Origin: an uncultured virus (IMG/VR IMGVR_UViG_3300027741_000054)
Lineage: Duplodnaviria > Heunggongvirae > Uroviricota > Caudoviricetes
DNA: 64,000 nucleotides
Direction: 5' to 3' (one strand)
Virus record (IMG/VR): IMGVR_UViG_3300027741_000054
The notes below the pieces were generated by a model. That model did not search any database. It was not told the DNA's origin and was given only the letters and a program-made list of their open reading frames with translations. Positions within the stretch are counted from its first letter, which is position 1. The number at the start of each line of letters is the position of its first letter. Shown here one piece after another: positions 36,447 through 46,400 of the stretch. The position numbers were made by a program, and so were the translations under genes.

Positions 36447-36595
36447 TATTTATTCCCCTTGTTTCCCCAGTTTTTTGCCCCAACTTTCCTGCATCTGACT
36501 AAGGCGCCACTTGCGTATGCGGACGGCCAAACAGAATACCTAGCTTTTACTTTACGAGTACAAGCATCGTTTGCTTTCTTTTTTCCAAGAGGCAT
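36446..36595 (-). CDS. Small basic protein (49 aa, MPLGK start)
   Basis: DACTRKVKARY.VWPSAYASGALV.CRK pattern. Confidence 0.7.
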   Translation of the reverse strand: MPLGKKKANDACTRKVKARYSVWPSAYASGALVRCRKVGAKNWGNKGNK

Positions 36596-36596
36596 A

Positions 36597-36863
36597 TTAG
36601 CAACTCCAAAGAACTTTTCGTGCCCAGTAATTAGCTGAAAGTTTTCCGTCACCTCCCTTGATACCACCACTCCTAGCGCAATAACTCTTTCGTCTTTTTG
36701 CGCTATGGTGCTGAGTGAAATCTTTCATTGAACTATCCCCAAAGTGAATGAGCTTTTCTTGCCCGCCAGAACAAGCTTTGACAACCTTCTTCTTGCCCGG
36801 TCTCCACGACTTGCGTGGTTGATTGCAGGGCATGTCGGCTTTGCTGGGTTTACCTAAAGGCAT
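36597..36863 (-). CDS. Small basic protein (MPLGK start)
   Basis: KKKVVKAC..LIHFGD..RRKSYCAR..SANYWAR..W pattern. Confidence 0.75.
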   Translation of the reverse strand: MPLGKPSKADMPCNQPRKSWRPGKKKVVKACSGGQEKLIHFGDSSMKDFTQHHSAKRRKSYCARSGGIKGGDGKLSANYWARKVLWSC

Positions 36864-37411
36864 TATCGTTCTCCGGTTTGGCCCATCCTCGAATCAATGA
36901 CGTCTGAATCTAGGATCGGTACTTTCTTGAGGATCATATCCATGTCCTTTGAAATCCTTTGAAGGTTGGTTGTGTAGGGCTGAAGGCCACCAGTAAAGTA
37001 TCCTCCCTGCTTTAAGCCCGTTGCATATCCCGCCACGTTGGTCGCGGACAAAGCTCCACTATAACGAGGCATCTTAAGTTTCTTTGTCCAATCTTCAAAG
37101 AACTGATTGGGTCCTTCGTAAGTTTTAAACGGTTCAACTGCTGGTGCGTTATTCTCTCCCTCAGTTGTGGCCATCTTGACCTGAGCTTCTCCAGCCTTGG
37201 CTTTCACTCCCCCAAGATTGCCATACTTTTTAGCTAGCTCGGACTCACCGTATCCTGACTCCAAAGCTGTCTGTGCCAAGACCCATGAAGGATCGATGCC
37301 CAAATCTGCGGCTGCTTTCATTGCTGGAGAAAACATCTTCTTAACGTACGCAATTTTCTTTTCGGCCTGAGGGCCTAGTTGCTGTTTCCAATCTTGGGTT
37401 TCGTCTGCCAT
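36863..37411 (-). CDS. GH73 (FlgJ-like) muramidase/glucosaminidase
   Basis: LAQTALESGYG, NLGGVKA, TTE and GYFT..Y motifs; own TAGAAT -10 box 6 nt before the ATG. Confidence 0.88.
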   Translation of the reverse strand: MADETQDWKQQLGPQAEKKIAYVKKMFSPAMKAAADLGIDPSWVLAQTALESGYGESELAKKYGNLGGVKAKAGEAQVKMATTEGENNAPAVEPFKTYEGPNQFFEDWTKKLKMPRYSGALSATNVAGYATGLKQGGYFTGGLQPYTTNLQRISKDMDMILKKVPILDSDVIDSRMGQTGER

Positions 37412-37424
37412 GGGGTTATTCTAA

Positions 37425-40400
37425 TTACTTTCTTTCTGGAAACAAGATACCCTCTTGATTTTTTTCAAGTAAGACTTGATATAGAACGGCCTTCTTGATG
37501 GGGTTAACAATCATCGGAACGATTGTCATAAACTCCGCTCGGGTCATCTTTTCCAGTTGGGGAATCCTAGCTCCAAGTTGTTCCTGAATAATTGGACCAG
37601 CACGTTGCATCCATTCGTACTTCTCGTCGGTTGTTAGTTCGCGTCTTAGCTGGAAGAAATCGTCATAGGTAATAGGTTCTTTATTAGCTTCTTTCTGGGC
37701 AATCACTTCTTGCATGGCAAAGTCCTTGAGAGTACCCGCATCCCAGCTTAGCGAGAATCGATTGCTAGCAAACATGGATATCAGTTTGTCGTGGACAGCT
37801 TGCGGAGTCCGCTTGCCCTCGTCGTAGCTCACCGAATCAACACCCGAAGTAGTGAGTCGGCGGACAAAGGGAATAGTGTTCGCAAGTTGCGTTCTTACGT
37901 TACCGCCAAGGAAATCTAGATCGGGCTTTCCTATTTTTGACGCAAACGGAACCGATAGGGCAAAAGTAGACAGAAAGTTATCCTGGTAAGGTCTGGCACT
38001 TGGTGCTCCAGTAAACCCGTTCCACACTTGTTCAACGTCTCTTAAGGTGGCGTATCCAGGAATTAGACCGCCGACCACATTACCAAATGTCTTAGTCAAG
38101 TTAGTCATGATTCCATTGGCATCTTTTGTTCCTGGTCCAGGAGAAGTTAACGACATGATTTGACGAATACCGGAGAGAGCCGCCATGTCCATAATCCCAT
38201 AAATTGCCAAAGCTCCACCAGCAATTGACCCTTTGATAATGGCCTCTGCTTTGGACCGTTTATCATAACGAACTGCTTCTGCAATTGCCCCAGACAAAAT
38301 AAGTGGTCCAGAAATACCAACGGGGAAACCTTCAAAGCTAAAGAACTGAGGTGATCCATCTTTGAATCGTCCCACTTGGATAGAGCGAAGCTTTCCATTA
38401 GCAGCAAAGAAAGCTTCACGCTGGGCCGGATCATTAGGTCCTTTGAAGTGAATCATGAAGTAAGGATCGTCCTCGCCGCTCATAGCTTCTGTGAGGGCAA
38501 AAAGTAAAGCCCCCGTAAGGATATAACCAACAGTCATCTTACCCAGTAAAAGATCATGCTCCACAGTTCCGGGTACAGCTGGAGGTCGATAATATTTTGT
38601 GTCTTTTAGCCCAATACCTGATCCCCAACGTAGTCTTGCACTAGAAATAAACGGCATAAAATTTAGAGTTTCGTTTGCTAAACTAGATCCTGTTTTTAAA
38701 AACTTAATGAATAGGCGAAGAGGCCAAGCCTGAGCCGCTCCAGTAGACAACATATCTGCTATTAAGCCAAACCAACCTTCAAAATTATTTGTGTAAGTAG
38801 ACTGAGCCGCAAATATTTTTGCTCTTTCAACTAGATTTTTTACCTCTTCTTCGTCCGGTCTTCCTTGTTCCAGAATCTCTTCGACTCTCAAAGATTGTTG
38901 ATCGGGCGTAAGATTAAATTCTTTTGCTTCAGCTGCTGCTTTCGCTTCAGCTCGAACCCGAGCTTCGGGGGATTGATTCAGCAATCTGGCTACTTCTAGT
39001 TCAATAGCCTCTTGGCTAGTTAATCCTTTGTCAATTGCAATATTTGTTGCTTCGGCAATCTCGTACATCTTCTTTGAAGAGATTTTATTGATGGCGTCAC
39101 CCGCGGCCATGGCTCGCCCAAAGAAAATAAAGGGAGCCAAAGCTCCGTACTTACTGCTGATGAATTTAGAGTCTAGCGGAATACGATACTCTTGACCAAG
39201 CACATTAACCGGGAGTTCAGGTTTGACAGCTCCAGGTTTATTTGCCCGATAAGCTTCAGCTTGAGATACAATAGCCTCCCAAATATTTACTCCACCAAGC
39301 TCCTGAGTTAAAGCGTCTTGAACCGCGGAGTAATCTCCCTTGAAAAAGATATTAGCGGCCGCTTTGAGAGCAGGTTTTTCTCCAATTAGAATTGCCGAGT
39401 TCAAAGCTCTAGCCGCATCGATATAGGCTTTAGATCTGGCCTTATCCCCAACCATTCCCTTTACAAATCCCATGCTCCCAAGGATCGCTGCGTTTAATTG
39501 ATTGCTTGCGGTGGCGGACCAAGCATTGATTCCAATTGTTCCGATACCGGCCAACAAGTTTGATGTTTGGTAGTTGACTAACAACTCTCCCCAAACCTGG
39601 GGCGAGACCAATTTGATATACTGATACATCTCAGAAATTTTTCTGTTGCGGATCATTCCCGCTGGATACAGGGGGAGTGCCTCAATCAACTTATTAAGTT
39701 TATTGCGCTCGGCATCTGTAAGTTCAGGCAAACCAAGCTGTGACCGCATCTGCATAAACACTTCGCTATCGGTCAACACGCCAAGATTGGTGGCCTCGAT
39801 AAGTTTGTCCAGAGCTGACCGCATTTTACGAGTCTTGCGTTCTTTCTTCTTCTCAAATTTTTTCTTTATATTTTCAAGTTCTTTTTTTCGTTCATCAGAA
39901 ATAAGTTCTGACATACCCTCACGAAGGAAATCAAGAACCTCTTTCTTTTGGGCTTCGTCAAGATTAGTATTCTGGGTAAGCAAAGCCCCCATCTTATTTT
40001 CAAAGTCCATGATGTCGCCACGGCTGGAACGGATGAGACTACGAATATTTGTCTGCGGGCCTCCAATAGATTCCAACGAACGGACGGCTTGCTTTAGGCT
40101 GGACACGGCAAAGGGTCGGCCAAAAGCTTCCTCAATGAAAGGCTCCAACCCAATTAGGTCTTCTTCCTTATAGTTGTTACGAAGCGAATCTCGAACGTTG
40201 TCGATGAACTCCTGAACGTCGGGATACTTAGCGATCCGATCCTTTAACACTTCGGCCTCTGTTGGTTTGGGTTCTGGCTCAAACGCGGGCTGTAGTCCGC
40301 CCATTTCCTTGGTTCGTTGAGCAATCAATCTGCGAATGCGAGCCGCAAATTCTTCGAGGGCATCTTTTACTTTGGGTTCTTGTTGAAGACGAGAAGCTTG

Positions 40401-43400
40401 TTTCTGAAGTGCATCTGCGGATGCTTCGGCAAGCTCGGCTAGTTTGGAGGGAGCATCTGATGGGATTACTACCGGAGCTTCTTGAGCTGCTCTTGCCTTT
40501 GCCCGAACCGCTCTTTCGATTGCTTCTCCTCGCGTTGCGGGAGGAGCAACTACTTCTTCCTCTACGCCAGTTTCCCTGGCCCGAGCTGCTCGTAATGCTC
40601 TAGCTCCATAGGATTCAAGGGCGTATGTGAGGGAAGCATCAAAATAAAGTTCGATTTTTCTCCTGACGTTATCTTGGTTTTTGGCATCACGCAAAGCCGG
40701 AACCAACATTACCAATCGTTTGATCTCATCAGCAGAAGCCGCGGTCTCGCGGGGGTTTTCAGAACGTTGAATGAGCTCGAGAATAATACGGCCAAGCGCC
40801 CGCGTCTGTTTTGAATCGAGGCGAATATCGTCTGCCTCTCCTCCGCCAACTTCGGGTGCGGCCGTAAGATCGGCTCCGAGGAACTCAACTCCATCCTTAT
40901 TGGCATCTTCGCTGGCAAGATAATCGGCGAGCACGGCTTGAATCTGTGATACAGTCCCGCCCTTTTTATTTAGATCAACAAGTTTTCCAAGCTCATCAAG
41001 GGTCTTTTGCATCTTTTTGCTGGTTGTTAATTTGTCCGCAGCTCGACGGCTAGCATCCGTCAATCCAGATGCAATTTCATTTTCCTCCGATTTGTAAGCC
41101 ACAAGGCGCCCTTTGATTGCGCTATCAATTTGTTTCCCGACATACATCTTCATGGCTTCTGGATTGGTGGACAATTCTCCGAGAGCGTTCCATAGATCTA
41201 CGGTACGTCCTGGCTCAGTCCCATATTTTTTGCTTAGCAAAAGCATAACGTCGGCCAACTGTTCGCGCGCAAATCTATCGGTCTTAGCTTTTTCACCTAG
41301 ACCCTTGGCCAACTCAAATCCGATTGCGCCCTGTAAAGGAAGCGAAGATTTAATATTTCCGCCCAAGAAGGCATTGAGTGTATTATCAAATCCGTAAGTG
41401 CCTATGTGCTGACGAGCATCCTCAAACTGTTGTTCGCGGGGAACAGACATGTAATACCAAGCATCGAGCAACTTATCCTTAGTCTTTCCTTCTGGAAGTG
41501 AATCCGCAAATTTAGTTACAATATTTTTTACAGCTTGGCTTTCACGAATCTCGGGGGCCGGTGCAACCAGCGGGGAAACTATATTTACGGAACGAAGTTG
41601 TACGTTGGGCCCCCAATTTCGTTTTGCTCTCTCTACGGCTTGGAAAAAATTCATCCCACGAATAGCATCGGAACTCCATGTATTTCCGTTGTCAGAAGAT
41701 ATTTCTAACTGTAAAGAATACGGATATTTTGTTTCGTCAAAACCTTTTCCTTCTTTTCCACTTCCTTCTTTTGGAAAACCTAAAAGTTGATTTTCTACAT
41801 TTTCGTAATTCGTTTTAATTTTTCTTAAATCAGAACCGACTGGGATTAGTTGAGCGACTACGGGAGCCGGAGTTAACCGACGAGCATAGTTGTCATATCC
41901 AGCCCTACCGATAGCTGCAATTAAAGCACCTCGATTATTGTAAGTATAAGTCTTACCATCAAAAATAATTTCATTGCGATCTTCAAACATTTTGGCGACG
42001 GTATTTGCCACAGCTCCGGCAGATGTTTTGGCGCTGGTAGGATATGACGGATAGAACCCAATCTTTACGTTGTACTTTCCATACTCGGAAGGTTCAGTCA
42101 AATTCACTGGCTCAGTCGTGGCCACAAAAGCTGCAACCGGCAACGACTCACCCGACTCTTCCATACCTTCCGCAATCTCAAGGGCTTTGTTAGCGATCCC
42201 GGGAAGGCTTGCCCGTCCGCCATCCATCACGGATTTAGTCGCGGCCCGGAATAAATTGCGCTCTTGATTGGTAATCATTCCGCGACGAGATGCAACATCT
42301 AAGCCGTCGAGCCAATCGTTCACATCAACTGTTTTGAACAGATCGTCAGCCGCGGTGACTCCAAATACGCCATCCGTTCGCCCTTCAAGATGGTTCTCAA
42401 TCATGCGATAGATTCGAAGATCGTAGGAGTCGAACTTGTTGGCTGGACGTGGCGATGTCGGGAAACGACCGGGTTCGGGCGCGGGAACTGGCGTAGGTTT
42501 AGATTCCGTTTTAAGAGAATTAGATAATTCTTTTAAATGATTAATTGCCTCCTCAACATAAGGACGCATTACAATTCTTTCTTTTGCTGTGGGAATAAAA
42601 TCTAATTTTGTTTGCATTATTTTTAATGCGCTACCAAACCAGTTTGCAATTCGACCTTGCACTGATTTGGGTTCTAAAGAAAGATACTTTTTTAAATCTT
42701 CAAGTCTTGTTTTTGCGCGTTTTTTATCGGCTTCTGTTAACGCAAAAACTTCCTCTGTTATTGGGATATCGGCTTTTATTTCTGCCGCAATTCTGATCAT
42801 TTCCATTGCAACAAGATAAGGGTCATTCGCGACAGCTCGTATTTGTTCTTGTATTCTTTTATCTGTTATGTCCGACCCAGAAGAAGAACGATATACTCTA
42901 GATGTAGCAAACACTCTTTGAGCATTCTGGCTAAGTCCTTCGCCAATCGCCGTTATCTCTTCAACGGGATTTAATCCTTGATTTCTATAAAATTGAGCTG
43001 TGTCAACGTGAACTACTTCATGAATAGCTATTGCATGATTAACAAAAAATTTAAAATTATTAGGAGATCTTAATTTCTTTTGTTCTTCTAATTTAATTGG
43101 GTTAACTCTAATTAAATCAGATTCGTTATCCTCTCCTATTACAAAATCAAAAGAGTTTGGGGAAGCTGGGGCAACAAAAATTGGATAATTTAATTTTTCT
43201 TTTGTTTTTTGATTCGTTAAACTCAAAACTCCGTTATTATAATCAGGTCCATAAATTGATTTTAAAGTTTCATTTACAAAAGAAATTTGCTCGGCGGTCG
43301 CTTCGTTTGTTTCTCTAACCGGAGCCACAACCTCTTCGGCTCGCAGACCTTCAAAGCCAGCACCAACAGTAGCGTCAAGCAACCGCAACTTGGCCCGCAT

Positions 43401-46400
43401 ACGACCGATAGTGTTCTGGTCAATCTCAGCTTGCGATTCGAGGAATACAATGTTGGGACGGCTGGCGCTGTCTACACGCCAGACACGATAGATAAGTTGA
43501 ACCGCTTGAATCGCGCTGATCGGAGGAGATAGAATGATCATCTCTCGGGACTCGTCACCAAACTTGTCATCCAGTTCAATTCCGGTTCCGCCCATTTCCT
43601 TGGTCGCAATTAGAACATCAGCCTCTCCCTCATTAAATGCAGCCATTGCTTGTTCCTTGGTCTGCTCAGAGCCGGTATACATCCGGGCGATCTTGAGAGT
43701 CGGATCAAGCTTGGCGATTGCAGCTTCTAGTGACGCGGAAGTAGGATTAACTGTCTCGCCTTTAGAGTTTTCATCCGAAACAAATCCAACATATAGTACG
43801 GGTTTCTTGCCACGCTTGATGGCATCTACTGCTCGTTTAGCGGCTGCGTCAACTTTATATTCTTCAAGCGCACGTTTCTGAGCTGCTGCCATTTTCCGCA
43901 AAGCCGAGATGTCCACGTTCTGTGTTCCACCATACATCGCCTTGATGTCCTCAAGCTGTTGCTTGATCTGGTTATCGAGAGGAACATCTTGGAACTCTAC
44001 ATCTACTCCATCCAGTCTAAGTGAACGAGAGCGCATGATTCCGTTCTTCGCCATTCCGTCGAGGTAAGTTTCCAACCGATCCTGCATCTCGATCTCGGTA
44101 ACTCCTTCGGCCAACTGCCAATAGTATTTCTTTCCACCGCGAAGAGAATATTTTTGGAATCCAAGGCGGCTGAACAAAGCTTCGGGGGATTCATTGTCAA
44201 AGATTCCAAGTCGACCAAGGGACAACAATTGATCCGGAGTTTCGAACGGAGTGCCTGAAGCCATCAATGTGCGACCGGCTTTGTTGGCGATATCGTCCAT
44301 CAATATTGCCCACGACCGGGTCTTTCCGCCTTGAATAGCTTTGGATAAGTTACGGCCAGAGTGCTGTTCGTCTAAAAGAACTACAGTCTTGTCATCAATC
44401 AACGGCAAAAGTTTTTCGAGATATCCTGAATTGTATGTAGTGACCAACATACGACCCGGAACAAACTCAATCGGTAATCCTTTTCCGTTCTCACCTTTCC
44501 CACCACGAACCGCCAAGGGAACGCCAAGAATTGCTGCATCCTTCTGAATCGATCCCCCAATCTCTCCGTAATCCCAATTAGGGGTAACGGCATCAGGAGC
44601 TGTTATGTAAACAACCTTATACCCCTTGTTGAGATAATAAGCTCCGCTGCCAAGTAACACTCGCGTCTTTCCGGTTCCCGGTCCGTTCGCCAAATAAAAC
44701 GCCTTGTGCTTAGAGTTCTCAATTGTGGTGACAGCCGCGGCTACATCTTGAGTCTGTTCTTTGGACAAGTTGGAAAGAACCTGTTGTCCCGCGGGAGCAA
44801 GAATCTTTTCGTCAAAAGGTTTTCCTAGCTGGTTACGGGGCTCGACGAAGGACTTGGGGATCGGGGTGCCACGAGGGCGCTCAACTCCAGGTCTCCCGAC
44901 TCCGGCTGGCGGACGCTCAGCAGGGCGTCCCATTTCTTTCCGCTCCGCGGGAACGGCTTTTTCAGGAACTCGCTTTGCGGTGGTAGCGCGTTTCGCTTCG
45001 AGCTCGGCGAGCTTTGCGCGAGCTTCCTCACGTCGATCAGCGGGCGTCTTGGCTTCAGGTCTTGGGGTTGGTAGTTGTTCTGGTTGTTCATATGTTCCTT
45101 CCTCGTTGATGGTTAATCCGCTGTCGCGCAGGATTTGGTCACTGACGCGAAGCAGGTTTGACCGGAAAGCAGCCGCGATTTTGTTCTTGGCTTCTCCCTC
45201 CGGCATAGTTTCCGAAGCCAAATAAGGCTCGGCAAGTTTGTTTAATGTGGCGACATAGGCATCAGCTTGTTTCTGTGAAATTGTTCCGTCCTCCGTAGAT
45301 TGCCGAAGATTGGTATCAATGGCTTCGGTGAGTTCTGTGATGGAATTCGGGGTTAGTTTGGAAACAGCTACGCTTTCAATAAAGTTATCAAACGATCTTA
45401 ATAGATCGCCCGAGCGGGACGACTGAACTTCGCCAAGCAAAGTCTTGGCTGCGACTAACTCGGCATCATCAAAGAAATTATCGGCTTGCAACTGGCGGAA
45501 CCGGTCAACATAAGGCTTGATCTGGTTGGCCGTAAGATTACCTTCGCGTATAACGCCGGCTGGTTCCTCGACGGCTCGGGAGGGTAATGTTCCGGCCCGC
45601 TGGTTCTTTCGATAATCGTTTTCTAATCCTTGAATAAATTTGGTTTTAACCGCTGGTTGAAGGGCGTTAATATTATCAATTGTTGTGCCGATCTTAGCCG
45701 CTTCCGAAGCCACGTTTTTTACATCGCCAACCACGGCATCAAATGCCAACTTTTCGGCATCCGTGGTTAAAGAGTTACGAAAAGGTTGTTTAAAGTTTTC
45801 GGCAAGGATGGCGAGTGCTTCTTGTCGTTGAGCTGCGGAAGGAACTTCGGTTTGACCTTGCGTCTGGAAATCTGTTTCGGTCGCGTCGATTTGGTCGAGT
45901 GTCTCGTTGATTGCGCCGGCGACCGCTGGATTAAGCCCTTGTTCTTCAGCCAAAGTTTCAGCGTCTACAGCCTGAGTCCGAAGCCCGGGAGTTTCCATGC
46001 TAACCGCCGCGCCAATTCCAACACCAGCCCGCATGCGGGGAACGGCCTGACGAATGAAATCCCGAAGACGGCTATTGAAAATAGTGCTTAAGGAAAGATT
46101 GTCCTTACCTTGACGAAGCTCATATAAGAATGAATTAATCGTTCCCATCGAGACTTCATCCGCAATGTTGTACGTTTGATAACCGGCCAAAGACTTGCTT
46201 TGAAGATAAGCATTCTTACGTTTGACGTAAGCCATTAAAGTTTCAGCTGGGGTCAATACATTTCGATTGTTTTCATCAATTGCGCCAAGACTCTGAAGTA
46301 ATTCAACGGTAGCCGCGTTCTTCAAATTGAATACAGCCCCAAGAGCATTTACATCATTCTCCCTAGGATCAGGGGCTAGCTTCTGGAACTTCTGATAAGA

